Positions 14,108-28,708 of a stretch of DNA of 64,000 nucleotides are shown here, piece by piece; the first letter of the stretch is position 1; each line of letters starts with the position of its first letter. The notes below the pieces were generated by a model. That model had not been told where the DNA came from. It saw nothing but the letters and a program-made list of their open reading frames with translations, and ran no database searches. This stretch comes from Trichinella spiralis (lineage: Eukaryota), in NCBI RefSeq assembly GCF_000181795.1, contig NW_003526945.1, positions 182,965 through 246,964 of the forward strand, given 5' to 3'. The position numbers and the translations under genes were made by a program.

Positions 14108-15711
14108 TCAGACGCGATTGATGCCAATATCGCCGTTGAACTGAGCCACTTGAACAACACGAGGTGAACAATCGCTGCAGGGCAGAGAATAGAACGTATT
14201 CTGAAGAGTTTTGCTGATCGTGGTCGACGTGCTTTCTGCCGATTCGGTCGTCTCCACGTCCACACGTTCACTGTGACGCCGGTGGTGGTGGTGGTGCTGT
14301 TGCTGCTGCTGCTGTAGATGATGATGATGATGATGATGATGTGGATGGTTTTCGACCATGCCATGCCCGGCCGGCACTGCCGACTGCCCATGCTGCATCG
14401 ACGACGATGCCACCGCTGCTAGGCGTGCATTTAACGCACAAATCACGCTCGAATAAGTCTCTTCGACTAAAATAAGCAAAAACAAATAAACATGTAAATA
14501 AGTAAACAATAACAACAAAAACAAAAGAATTCACTCGGAGTGGTGCAACGACTTCCACAACGGACCAAATCCACCGGCGGAGCTCGGACCGTTGCGGATG
14601 TGATTTCCGAATTACGACGAATCGGCGGCGGCGGCGGCGGAGCTCTGCCAATATAGCTCCGTCGCTTCATCACCATCATCTGCTCCGTCTGCTGGTAACT
14701 GCCAATCGACAGCGTTGTAAAACTGCCGTTCACTTCATCTACAATTAGAACGGAATAAAATCAAATTATGCAAATTTCATTTTCTCTTCGTTGGATTCAT
14801 CATCATCATCTTCTTCTTCTTCGTCTTACCGTCACTTTTTCCTTCTTGTATTATATATCAATATTACTATTTTATTGTTTTTTTTTTGAATCTCCTTCAA
14901 TGAAATCTGTGCTGTGCTCTTTGTGTGCGAGTGAATGTGGGTGTGGGTGGGTGGGCATTTCATATGTTAATTTTTCTTTTTTAGTTCTTCTTAAAAATTT
15001 TGTTTGCTGTGCTGAATTTTGCAAATTGTTGTGCAGAAAAAGATGATGATGAAAAAGAAAAAATTCAGTACACGTGTAATAATTAATTAATTAGTTAATT
15101 AATTCGATTAACGATTAATGTGAATATGATGAACGTCGTGCAAATTTATTCAGACATTGAACGATGATAACATTGGATGTTCAATGACATTGAAGCATTC
15201 GAAAGAAATCAGAACTTTTGTGGTTGTTGTTGTGATTGTGAATAAGAAGAAGAAAAAGAAGAAGAAATTTGCATTTTCAACGACAACACAGCACAAAAAA
15301 AATCTTCATGTAAAAGTGTGTACGTAGTAAAACGTAATAATTGTGAAAAGAAAAAAAATAAATACGACAACACACATGCAAGCAACAGTGAGTGGGTGTG
15401 AGATGGGATGGCATTTTCCAGAGAATAAATGAACCGTTGGCATTGGATTAAGAAGCACATGGTTGGATAAGCATGGACACACACACACACAGTGTGCAAC
15501 GTGCAAATTAGCAGAAAAAACATCTGAATTAATTTGACACTGACAGACCGGCTGATTTTGATCAAGTGAAACTCAACGGGGTGAGTAATAAGTGCAAGAA
15601 CAATAAAAGCAGTAAATGTAGGCAATGTAGCAGCAGCAGAAGCAGAAGCAGTAGCAAATTGGTAGTAGCAGTATCATGGAAAGAAATGAGTGAAATCAGA
15701 ATCACAGTAGA

Positions 15712-15751
<40 letters not shown>

Positions 15752-16343
15752 TTCCTCCTGCTTCGTTTTCCTAATTGATTATTGTTTTGCATATTAATTT
15801 TCTTAATGATAAATTATTGCCGTTGTGGTTTGAAATGTGGAAATGCACCTGTTTTAGATGAACCGGCTTTCTGAGAAGACTTCTTGAGAAAATCAGGAAA
15901 TGGAGGAGGGGTAGGAGGAGATAATGCCAGTGTTGGTCGAGTAGAGACAATTTTTTGAGAAATCTCAGAATCAGAAGAATGAGTAAGAAGATGTCGTGGT
16001 GGTAGTGGAGATGGAACATCCGGAGAAGGAGAAACCACCGATTGAGAGGACGGTTCTTGCGCCTCGACACTTTCGTCAATTTTAGTTAAATTTCGAGATT
16101 TGAGCTGAGCATCCACTCCGTCCGTTTCCTTTCTCATCATGCCAACCATCCGTGACATCGTGCAAAACGACTTAAACGACGGGTTCGCAACGACACCGGT
16201 ACTTCGCACGTCAACTGCACACCAACACGAACACGAAAACAACAAGTGCACATACATTGATGAGCAATTATAGGTTAGTAAAAAACAAAAACAAACACAA
16301 ACAAACAAACAAACAAACATATATACATACATACATACATACA

Positions 16344-16374
<31 letters not shown>

Positions 16375-19300
16375 GCGTGTGTGCGTAGGTAATAAAGAAT
16401 ATGATAAAATAATACATGAATAACAACAATTATTGGATATCTACCTCGTTTTGTAGTAGCGTAACGATCTAAATCCGAAGAAAGTTGATCAATTTCATCC
16501 AAGCATTCATGTATTAATGTGTCTAAAATTGAAATGACTGTCAATTTTGTTGTAATTAATTGTATTCAACTGAAAAATGGAATTTGATGAAATAAATAAA
16601 TAAGCTGAAAATATTGTCATTTTTCTTTTCTTTTTTGAAATTACCTTCTTCAGTTTCGGCAGCCGTTTTCGTTGAACGTGGAAATAATGGTCGACCAGTA
16701 AAGCTGCTCGTGTGAGTTGGATATGAATTTGAATTTGTTGTCCCTCCGGCGTAGCTGAGTGGACGACGTCCGACCGTAGCGTCAGCCGGGGCTGGACAAG
16801 TGGGCAGATTACAATAGACGGGCTGCTCGGCTCGTGCTTGGCTGTTCGACCGTTGCTGATGGGTCCGCGGCGCCGCCGACGACGAAACGCTGCTTACCCG
16901 AGGCGGTAGTGGAGGCTTCTGGCGCGGCACGAACGAGCCAAAGCATGCGCTCACCCTCGCGTTGTTGGCCTTGATCTGAGCAGTGGAGAACAAGAATGAA
17001 TTTTCCATTAAAAGCTTGCAAGGTGAACATATTACCACTACCTTAACACCGGCTCCATTGCGGCAGAAGACCGACTCGTCGATCGGCGGTCGACGATGCA
17101 GCAGCGTCTGATGGGCGTCGGTGAAGCCGGCAGAGATTGTATGCGGCCGGTCACCGGCGTTGGTTGGAACCGTTGGCTTGGGTTGACCCTGATCGTGGCA
17201 GGCCAAACTGCCCGAACGACTGCCGTCTGGCCAAGTAGCCAAGCTGGGCGACGGTGACGGTGTCGACTGCTGACTGTCCTCTTCTTCCGGTCCAGTGGAC
17301 GCCACTTCTGGATCATCATCCGAAAGAATATTCTGAAACAACAACGACTGCACTATATGAAATTTCCACTTTTACACCACACCACACCACACCATACATC
17401 CTATGGATTACCTTCAATTGCGCTGCTGCCAGAGTGTTTCGAAAACACGATGCAGTTGGTACAAGACTGTCCCGAGATAAGAAGCCTGAATCTTCTGATA
17501 TAGCACTTGAATGGCGAGTGAATTTTCCATACTGAAATATCATCAAAACAACATACACAATTTTGAAAGAAACAAACAAACATCCCAATTAATATATTTC
17601 AATGTATTATTATACCTTTTTGTCGTTAGCATGAACAGTAGTCGATGATGCATTATTACTATTATTATTATTAGCAGCAGCAGTAGCAGTAGCATTAGCA
17701 TTAGTGGTGGTAATTGTAGCAGTTGCGTTGGATTCAGTCGCAGATGCTGACGAATTGTTCGCCATAGCAATAGCCATTGGTTGATTGTTGATCGTATCGA
17801 CGCTGGTCAAAGAACAAAAGCTCGACTTGCGAGATCCATAAGAGCTTCCTGGCGAACTGGGCGGAGTCTGAAAACGCCAAGTATTCTCCAAACCTTTGAC
17901 ATCAATGATCACCGCCTCCGAAGCGGCTGGCAACGTGTACGGGTCGGCCGTCAGGCGACAAAGCTGTTCCACCAATTCTTGCATGTGCGCAATTTCACCA
18001 AGCAGTGCTAATTCTTCGTCCTGAATAATAACCATCATAATCATGCCAATGCTAATGATAATGATAAATAAAAGACAAGATACCATGATCGGCTTGAAGC
18101 ATGAAATGAAATAGCAAAACTGAGCCCTCTGCTCGATCATCGCTTGACGAAGCGACTGCTGCTCAGCGCTGAGCAGAACGTTGCTGCGATTTTTGATATC
18201 ATTGACCACCGTATCGACCATCGACTGCATCGACAAGGAACCCTTGCGAAGCTTTTTCTGCAATCTCAGCTTATCGCCGATACGTTTCCTTATCTCGTTG
18301 CGGTTGCGTTTAAATTCTGAAACGACAAACAATGCAAAATGAACAAATGCAACGCAATTCATTCCACAGGGCGTGGTCACCCACACCCACCTTTGCCGTG
18401 GTCTCGATCCATCTGAATGACAACCCGTCGCCAGTCGTCCATTCTCTCTTGCAATGGTGTCGCCAAGCAGTGAATCAACGAGCTTGAATATTAACAACAA
18501 TTATTAATTCATTTTTTTCAAAGTACATTTTATCATTTATATAATAATAATAATTGTCCAACTTGGTCAATTTCTTCAAATGATCTTCCACTTCCCGATG
18601 TCGTATGCAAAGACGCGTAAGCGTGGAGCCGATTTCTCTGGTTGCGCCTGTACAAAAATATAATTCCGTTCTTCCGATATAATAAGAACAACAAACAACA
18701 ACAAACAAAATTAAAAAATGCCGTCAATTTTAAAATTTAACAAATTCACTGTTCTCAAAAGAAGAAAAAAAACCATTCGTCAAAGCAAGACATTTTACCA
18801 ATGAAATGAACTTGGTTGAAAATTTGCATGAAAAGTGACTTTAAGTTTTTCTTTTGAAATTTTGGAAAAGTGCAACAACAACAACAACATCTGTGCTAAA
18901 TGGAAAAATATTTCTCTCTCTCTCTCTCGGATGTCGATTTTGTTCAACAACTGCGAGATGTAATTCAATTCAATTCAATTCATCTCGTCCAAAATTCAAT
19001 CACTCCCCATATTCCACACTCTAAACGCATTAAACAATTTCGCCCAATCCCGTCCACTAGAGTGCAAGATACTTGAAAACATCTCACCAAGTTGCTTCTG
19101 CTGTGGTTCCAATTGAATAATTGAAATTATTAATACATTTCGACAAAAAGAATATTAAAAATGAAAATAAATTAACCTGACAGATGGTTTAATTTATTGG
19201 ATAATTTTAAAAAGTGAAAAAATTAGAATATGATCCTTTCTTCTATTCCAAAATGGATAGAAGAACTTCATTTGTGAACCCAACACACAAAAACAGCCTC

Positions 19301-22036
19301 TGGGTTATTGGCTTTCTGTCCATTTCCGGACAGAAACGACGAATCGATGCATCCTGCTTGAAAGCCCACTTTTGAGCATGTTTGCCAAGAGCAAACAATT
19401 TTCCAATGAACTAAGTAAGAAATAAATAAACAGACAAATTCAGATATTAGCCGTTTGTTAAATAAAAATTTTCCTATTTACAGCTCTATCAACTGCATCA
19501 ATCAAAATAGATGATAAATTATACAGACAAGAAGACAGACAATATCAAAATTCAACACGCTGTATCTGTATGTTGAATGTTGCAAAGTTGATGAAAAGCA
19601 GATTTAAAAAAAACAAAAGAAACAAAGCCACTAGACGCAATATATTGCTTTTTTTTATCATTATGCTTACACATCATTTTCAATGTGGAGTGATCAGGTG
19701 AAAAAAAAAAGAATTCCATTCGTGCAATTTTGAAAATTTTCCATTTGGGAGAAAATTTGCATCAACGAGGAGGACAAGTTTGAAGAAATTTTTCCGGCAA
19801 ATAAAAAGCCGTCGTCGATCAGTTCGGCTAACAACAACGAGGATCGATTTTTGCATAAACTTCGAAAGCTGCTGACCACGCGAACAACCACACTGGAGCT
19901 TTCGTTCTTTTTCTCACCGCCAAGCGGCCAATAATGAAATAATCAACGTGCACAGAAAGTGAATAAAATAAACAATTTTTATCAAAAATTGATCACATTT
20001 TCGTTGATCGAACGGCTCACATTGTTAATGCAAATGATAAACTGAAAGAAAACCTTGCTCAGGGAAAGCAAAACTTATGCCTGTATTGCGTTTGAAATAA
20101 CAAAAAAAAACATTCATTTTATTCAACTTGTCGAATTCAATTTAAACTTCAATATAGAAAACACAATAAATAATATACATCATCAGCAGAAGAAGAAGAA
20201 GAAGAAAAAAATATCTATATATTAATCAAATATTTTCTTCGACCCTTTTTCTTAAATAAAGTATTTCACCAAATAGAAGAAAGCAAATCAATATTGCACA
20301 CTTTTGCATTCTGCATTATCAAATGCAAATTGGAAGATGAATTTTCGCGCCAAAAAACAAATATTCAATCCAACCAATTGTAATATTGATTGATTGAAAC
20401 GATTACAAAACATCCTATTTTTTCCGCTTTTATTTAAATATTAACTTTGGAAGCTTGTGGAAATGATTGCAAAATAATGCAAAAAAAGCAATGGCAATGA
20501 CTGTCTGGATAAACAACTCTGCGTCACTGTTTGGATAAAGTGATTAATTTTCCAAGGCTGAAGATTTGCATACTGAAAAAGTGATTCACCCATAACAGAA
20601 CATGACACACAATTGTACAAAACTGACTAATGCCAATGAATCATTGAATTTAAATACAATTCAACGAGGAAATGCTCGGAACAAACAGCGTGCCAAATGG
20701 ATCCGAATGCTAAATGGACAAAAATAAATAAAACGTATGGAAAAATCAAATTCGGACAAAAATGACACATCTGCTTTGCTTCCGCTTGGGTTTCTGGGAT
20801 TTTTTTTTCTGGAACCAAAATTTGCAATTTTCAGAACAAAAATTATTGATTTTCGCCTCGGGATAAGCAACATCATGTTCGCTTGATGCTTTTATTTGAA
20901 AACGACATCACCAAATCCTGCGTCCAACGGACAACTTTCTACTGAACAAGGAAAAAAAACTAAGCGTTCTCTCTTTAAATCTAGAGTCGACGAAGTTGAC
21001 CGTTCCAATTTGAGCACAGTAAGAAATATTTATTGACAAAAAATCCTACTAACCACGCCGAGGCGACGATAGACAGAATAAATACTGGGCATTATTAGTG
21101 GCCATTGACCGCGGTGAACAAAATTGAAAAGCGCCAACACGCACGACCCCAACGGACCGGGCCGTCGTCATCACTCAAACAAGCTCAGCCTACTCCCAAC
21201 ATCGCGCCAATTCACTTAATCGATACGCACACACACACACGGATATATTCTGCTGCTGATCTTTGATTGCCAATCAGATTTGCCATCACAATTATTGTTA
21301 TTTGCATTAAACGAACAAAACTGACACTTTCGAGGTGAACTGAGAGAAATTTTCAAAATCTCCCCCCCCCCCACCTCATGTAGAAGAGGGAAAAAGCACC
21401 AAAAAGAAAAATAAAGCACGCTCAGAGAAATTGAAGCTAAATTCTCGCGCCAATTGTCGACCGTCATCAACTACTGGCCGACAGCTGTGCAAGAATCGAA
21501 TCCGGCCCCCACTACTAATTTTGAACAAGCTGGCCAAGTCCCAGCGGTATTAAGCTTCGAAGACAATAGAATTATTCAGAATAACAACAAAAAAATGTAT
21601 CCTACCTTTGGCAGCTGTAGCCATGTCAGCAACACGCTGCAGTGCTTCGATAAAACCACTCACAGCCCCAATAGTCAACCTAAGTTGAAATGGAAAGAAA
21701 AGTGAAATTATAAATTCCACACACACACGCACACACACACATACACACCAAAGTGTGCAAGAAAAGATTTCAAAATGAAATGCTTACTTCATTTGGCCAC
21801 TGAATTTCACCGTCTTTTGAATCAGATCATCCCAAACTGCCTGGCCACCCTACAATATGCAATATCTGTTTAATTTTCCATTTGCAAAATGTGATCCTGC
21901 TTGGACAGAACTCCGTCCCCCTAACTGTTCAGTTGACAAAACCAATTCTGCCAATAAAGCTCACCTTCAGATCGCAAATGATATTTTGGAAGAGACCGGC
22001 AAGAGCATTGCTCTCCTTTTCCAAACTGCAGTCCAT
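14108..22036 (-). CDS. MTSS1: MTSS1/MIM (missing-in-metastasis) I-BAR/IMD-domain protein, multi-exon with a ~3-kb intron
   Basis: Exon 1 (22036-21965) MDCSLEKESNALAGLFQNIICDLK; 21850-21788 GGQAVWDDLIQKTVKF; 21680-21606 FIEALQRVADMAT; ~18648-18561 GATREIGSTLTRLCIRHR; ~18483-18391 LATPLQERMDDWRR..MDRDHGKE. Then LRQAMIEQRAQFCYFI, LTADPYTLPAASEAVIIDVKG, FQTPPSSPGSSYGSRKSS, DSGF and RPHTIS. These match the MTSS1 family, and the splice phases are consistent where checked. Confidence 0.9.
15714..15750. repeat. (AAT)n microsatellite
   Basis: Directly visible run. Confidence 0.95.
16300..16372. repeat. Compound (AAAC)n/(CATA)n microsatellite in an MTSS1 intron
   Basis: Directly visible. Confidence 0.95.
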
Positions 22037-24463
22037 TTCAACTAGAACAAAATAAAAGAACAATGCATAGGAGTGTTGTGAATCAGAGTCGCTCTGCGCA
22101 GTTCACTATGCCACTCGATGACAAATGAGCAGCTATCAGCGCGCCGTCATCTCACAACTGCGACATTGCACCGCCGTTTCCTATTACAAAAAGAAGAGCA
22201 AGACCAATGCTACAGTATGACTGAAAGAAATTCAAATTTTTCCATAAAACTGACGCAAAACTGCACAGCAAATTTTAGTTCAATAAATATTTATAAATTT
22301 AAAAAATAATCATTCTTTAATACATTATTCTGAAAATTTTTATTCATTTTTCAATTTATCAATAAATCGATAATTCCTGCACGGATCGATAAATAGTGCA
22401 GTTTATTTTTGTCATTTTCAATTACAAAAATGCTCAAATATTGCACTCACCTGTCTGGTTATTGTGTACGACATTTGCCACCAGTAGCATTTGTCATTTG
22501 AGCGAACAAGCAAAAGAACTATAGTTTTTTTTATAAATGAAATTTTTACTTTATCAATAGCTTTTGTTATGTATTTAGCTCTTTTCTTTCAATACTACGC
22601 ACAAGTTGTGTTGTCTGTTAAGGAAGTGAACTGTGTTTTTCAAATTGAAAGAGCGAATTATTTGAAAATTTAAATACACGTCGAAATTCTTCATGATGAT
22701 TCATTATTTTGATTTAGAAAAAGCTTACTCAAAATAATACATATGATGTTTTCAAAGTTATGATGTGCTCTGTTTATACTACTCGTAAAATGTAATTGAA
22801 ATTTTTATTTAAAGATGTCTGTGACATTTTGAATGCTAAGCGTTTAATAATTACTTCATCCGGGTACAATGCTACTTGACGTAAAAGAAACAAGTCTGTT
22901 GTTGTATTTTAGCATGCACAAGAAATAGTGCTAATGCAACACTACTCATAAATGTTGAACAAAAGGTGACCCTTCAAATGATTATTTAGTTGAAAACAGA
23001 ACTATCCAAACAAACGTCACACAGTATTCAACACTGTCAATGACAACAATATAATTTCTTTATTTGGAGATCAACGGCCATTTAATTAATACTGAATACA
23101 AATGAGTACACCGTTGAACACAATAAAAGCATCTCTGTTGATTAACAAACTGTCAACGTATTTTGCATTTTTGTTTTCATACAAATGGAACGGCAGCATG
23201 TCACATAGACGAACCATTGTGACGTCTGTGATCACAATTACTACTAAGCGCAAAACAACATTTTCATATTTCTGACTAATATTTCGTTACAAACAAAATG
23301 CATCAACTTTTTCAAATAATTTTCGTCATTCATCCAGTTTTATTAATCCAGTAATTAACTTTTTATTTAGAAAAATTACACGCTTTGATATCAAATCATG
23401 TGTATTTATTTACAAGCATGTGTCGCTTCTTCTTTTTTGAAAATCATATTTCAGAGAAAAAGTATTTGACATGCAAAAGCATACATGATATGCATAAGAC
23501 ATACATTATCGCAATAAAATATATATATATATATTCACATTTTCACGCATAACGCAAGAGCAATTAATGTCAACAATTGTTTTTTTTCAAACTGCTGTCA
23601 TTTTCCTGTTCATTTGTTTAAAGTGCATAAAAAATGATTTATTGATTTTTTTGCATTTTATATTTTTCATTTATTTATTTTTTGAATCAGTATACATCTG
23701 GGAAACAAATCAATAATAATACTACTTGCATGTATTTTTTAAAGTGAAAAAAAACAATAAAGCCATTTTACAGTTGAAATAGTTTTTATGACGAGATTTA
23801 ATTGAAAAAACAAGTCAAAACAATTTAACAAGATGAAAAAAATGTGATTTTTCATCACAGCAGAAATACAGTATGGGAACAATAAATTTTGCCAATTTAA
23901 ACTTCCCATGTATTATTTTTTTAAAAATATTCGCAGGAATAATAAAATTTATAATTTAATGAAGTATTTTAAAATTAATTAAAAATATTGAAAAGTCTTT
24001 ATAAAATTGGTACAACTTTGAATAATAAAAGTGATGGAACTTTATTTTCATTTATTTACAGAATCTGTCAGCAATTGTGTGCGAAACTCATTTTGAATGT
24101 TCAGAAATTTGCATTACGTGACCTCGATTTCGATTGTTTTACAGAAAAGCTGTTTAATTATATTTTGGTAACAATTGAAGCTACTTTATAAATTAAATAC
24201 GAGAAATTTTCATTGTATAAAATGAAATTGTTTCATTTGATTCCTGAGCTCCTTTTAAATGTATGTTGAAATGAGTGCCCAATTTCATTTAGATCTCGCG
24301 AATTGTGGTTCATTGAATTGTAATTTTTTGCGTTTGACGACTCTATTCCGCGATTTTATCAATTTAAATCGTTTCTGCTTCTTTCAGGGACAAGATTCTG
24401 TTAGCAGTTTGGTTGAATAACTTTTTGAATTTTCAGAATTGCGTCTTTTGCTCGAAGTTCGAA

Positions 24464-26248
24464 ATGCCGATGCCCTGGATTGAAATTGATTTCGATGCGA
24501 AAGAGAGAACGTTGGTTTGTTCGGCTGAAGGTTGTGGTTTTGTTTCAAAAGATTTGGAGCCATTCATCGAACACGTTAGACTTCATGAACCAGTCATTGC
24601 GCGACGTGTGTATTCTTTTGTTTTTTTAAATATTTTTTAACAATAAATTATTTTAATAGCCGGCACTTTCAATTGCCCATTTGAAATCTGCAAGAAATCG
24701 TTCACAAGTATGGATACTTTTGTGTGCCATAAGAGCTTCCACTTGCATGAGATCAAAACGCTATCTGCCGGCTGGGAAGCTTTCGTTAATTATGTTAATA
24801 ACGATAGCCCCGATGTGGAATGGCAGTTGAGTTGTATGGGAACACGGCAGTATTTGTTCGATTTCGACGATTCACCGATAATTTGCAAATGGGATGAGTG
24901 TAAAGTGAGATTGATGACTAGATTTATTTTTGAACAATTATTTTTGTTAATGTTGATGAATATGAGAATCAAAAAAAAACACTTCAGAAAACTTTCCTTG
25001 ATTTTACCGACTATGCAGAGCACGTTGAGGAGCACGTGCATGACGGATTGCAAGTATATTCGCTTTATATTTGCAAGTGGGAAGGTACTGTTGTTGTTTT
25101 CTCAACTTTTGATTTGCATTAAAAATTGCTCGTTTTATTTATTGTTGAGTTTCAGGTTGTGATAAAGTAGTTAACGGAACGGGAAATATGAAGTACCATG
25201 TGAATTCACATATAAAATACAAGCCGTATTGTTGCCCAGGCTGCGGACAATTTTACGCTATACATTGCAATTTTAAAAAGCATCTGTTGAGCACAACTGC
25301 TAAAGGTATGCAATTTGAGTTTCGGGGTATAATTATTTTTTCAGTTTTGATGATTTAGAAAAAAATAAGTACCAATGCTCTCGATGTGGAAAATCGTTTC
25401 CCCATCATTGTTTGTTGCGCGAACATTTTTACAGGCACGGTAAGTTGACGACCGTCTGCTGGACAAATTGTACAGAACAAAAAAGCAAACGCTGAAGTTG
25501 AATTTTAAAATTTCAATTTCTCGCGTGTACCTTTTATATTTCATTTCATTATAAAAGTAGATGTTGTATTTTTATCTTTTCGCTTTTTGCATTTTCAGTG
25601 TTAGCCGTAACTTGTGATATATGTGGCTTGATGTTGCATTCTTCGTGGAATTTGGAAGCTCACAAGGCCCGCATGCACCAAACACTGATGAGACATTTTT
25701 CTTGCCCTGAGTGCAAAAAACTGTAACTATAGATTTGATGAAGTGTTTGATATTTTTGAATGAAATTTATTTTGCTTATTTTTTCTTCAGATTTAAACAG
25801 GAAGGCGATCTGAAAGAACACATGGTTGTGCACAGTGGCAATTATCCGCACAGTTGTGACCAGTGTGGTAACAAGTTCAAACGCAAAAGTGAACTGAACA
25901 AACACTTGGAAATGCATCAGGTATGTGATGAATGAGAAGTGTCTGAAATGGGGTTTCAGCAAAGGGGAAATTTCAGAAAAGAAAGTACATCTGCTATTTC
26001 TGTCCTGCTGAATATAAGCGATCGTACATGTTGTCACGACATTTGAAACATTTCCACAGCGTGAAACCTGATCGTGGACGAGGCAAATTCACGTAAGCGA
26101 TTTCTGAAAGATGATCAATTTGGTAAATGTTTTTAATTTGGATAAATTTTTATGCTTTTTTTAAAGTTTTATTCGCTTGGATGATGAAGGCGTGTATGGC
26201 ATGCAGTTGGACGATGTAGTATTCGATACAGAGAACCAGGAAGAATAA
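24464..26248 (+). CDS. C2H2 zinc-finger protein, HINFP/MIZF (histone H4 transcription factor)-like, multi-exon
   Basis: Multiple C-x2/4-C...H-x3-H fingers across ~9 exons (CSAEGC..HVRLH, CPFEIC..HKSFH, CKWDEC..HVEEH, CKWEGC..HVNSH, KPYCCPGC, CDQCGNKF..HLEMH). The second finger is followed by a HxxK..G..C..R spacer, and the C-terminus GRGKFTFIRLDDEGVYGMQL resembles the HINFP C-terminal motif as I recall it. The family assignment is from memory. Confidence 0.75.
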
Positions 26249-26865
26249 TTTGCAATATTTTGCACTGATATAATTATTACTTAATTTCAAGCGTTCACCC
26301 ACAGCTTTGGTCACTGATAATTATGACATAAATATTATTTATATATTATTACATTTGTACCTGCTTTTCTTTTTTTATTACTTACAGTTACTTTATAAAG
26401 AGAATATTGCAGCCGCATGAGTAGAGACAATATGAATAAATTGAATACGAAAATAAAGCAGATTTATTTCACCGATTGAACTGATGATTGATGGTGATAA
26501 TACGACAGAGAATTTGCACATGCTGCTGCATACACACAATCAAAAAATTAGAAGCATGTATTATTAGTAGTAGTAGAAATGAAAGTGGTGAAAAAATGAA
26601 AGAAACCTTGCGCACATGGTGGAAGACTGGCATTTGGGACAAAAAAAAACAAAAGAACATCTCCTACCGATCACATATACTTACATATATTGGATTTGAA
26701 ACACAAATACACAACAGAACTGTTTGAACTATACTGCATCCAAAATCAGCAACATCATCAGATGCTAATTACTTGATAGATGTACAATCAGAGTGTGAAG
26801 TTGGCTTCAAAAATAGAAAAGCATCACAATGAACGAAAAACGCTAACTTTGCAAATGTGAAGTTG

Positions 26866-28708
26866 TTATTCTTCATCTGCTTGAACACGCTGCAGTCGAA
26901 CTAAAAACAGAATGTTGAACAATCAATCAATCAATCAATCAATGGACTTTATTGCACAATCAATTTAATTTAAATAATTATCCGCCGTCAACTAACGTCG
27001 TTCGTAGTTCTTCTCAATCGCGTACGATACACGATACCGAGCGTCCATCGACTGGAAACTTATTCCAACCCTCAGCAATGAGTCGTTCTCTTCAACAATA
27101 CGAGCCAATTCCATTTCGACTTTGTTTCCCAGCACGGCTGCTCTCTGTGTTCAAAACAAACAAATTTTCTCACACAATTCATTTTCAAATATTTCCATTT
27201 TACCTGATTTTCCACGTGAATCTCGACCAAGCACTGCTGTTTCAAAGTTGCTTGCAACAGAGCAATCAAAAACTCGCCGGTCAAAAAGTTCGATTCGACG
27301 TTAAGATTTTTCAAACTTTTCGACATTTCCAACAGTTCGATCAATCCCTGAAAAAAGAAATCAATCTCATGCATGGAAATTATAGCAGAATGTTTGAATA
27401 ATAATAATTATTATTATTATTATTTTTTTTTTACATGCGCGTCAGCGTCGGAGAGAGCGGTGTTGGCGAGAAAGAAGTTTTCCAAATGTGTACTACATTT
27501 TGCTGCTTCTATTAATTTTTTCACATTTTCTCGAGAAATAGTCTAAATCAATAATAATAATAAGTAATTGTATTTTTAACTGTTTTAGTTTTCAAAAATG
27601 AAAATTCTTTTTTTTTACTTTCATATTGTTGATGTTCACTTCGGTCAAAGAAGGATCATTTTCATTCAAACGTCGTATACAATCCAGAACGTCAGTATTG
27701 TTTGCCGGCTCGTCGGGTACAAATTTCAACGGTGTCGATTTGACAACGGCTGAAAATTTCCACACAGAAAGTTACAGTAATCATCATCAAAACAAAAAAT
27801 AACAACAACTATCCGACAGTACACAATTGTCAACTGCCGTATCATCATGCTCATCAGAAATAAAAAGCATACCACTGAAGCTGGAATTTTCTTCATCTTG
27901 AGATTTTCCTTTCACAACGTTGTGATATTGAGTTTGTGTAAGCATGCTGTGCATGCCGAGTATTCCTGCGTGAGCAAACCTTATATTGCATTGCGAAGAA
28001 AAAGAGAAAAAAAAGTACAGTATACAACAACACCAACCTGCCAAATCGACCAAATCATTTTCAGTAGCTTCGGACAAAGCAATTTCCACCTCGTCCATTT
28101 CCAACGCTTTCGCCAGATCAATACCAAAAGTTTCTTTCTTCTCTTCGACAACACTCGGCACGTACGCTTTGCCTAAAAATAAAATAAACAAATGTGCACG
28201 CTTATATAAAGAGTCCAAAATTGCAAGCAACTGCTCGTTGAAAGTAAAAATTCACATTTTATTTTCAATCACCTCGCTTTACGCCCTGCTTGAAAGGAAC
28301 TTTCTCTTCCCAGTCGGCTTCATTTTTCGCTTTCTCTTCTAAAAATTTCAACAATTCTTCCCGCCTGAAAGGTCCTGTCGGTGATTTCGTTGTCTGATCA
28401 CGACATCGTTGAGACGGTGGTAACAAGGAATTCTGTGATAAATAAGGCAAAAAAGAAATCATTGTTCACGGGATATTGATTTTTGTTTTCAATTATTCTT
28501 ATTTCGCTTCTTCTGATAAATAATACATACGTCAGGATCAACTTCACTGTTCAACTCTTCCAATTCTTCGGGTGTCAGCTTTGTCAGCAATGAATCAATA
28601 TCAATATCTTCATATTCGGATAAATCACGACCGTACAATTTCGTCGTTACACTGCCTTTACGATACGAGTAAACTTCTTGCGTTGTTGTAGTCATCGTTT
28701 TTCGATAG
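26866..28708 (-). CDS. TMOD: Tropomodulin (actin pointed-end capping protein); shared exons, with alternative first coding exons upstream at 29349-29324 and 30473-30445
   Basis: EYEDIDIDSLLTKLTPEELEELNSEVDPD, LLPPSQRCRDQTTKSPTGPFRREELLKFLE, ALSEATENDLVDLAGILGMHSMLTQ, EPANNTDV..NENDPSLTEVNINN and LNVESNFLTG..ENQ. The last exon ends RLQRVQADEE* at 26866. Confidence 0.93.
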
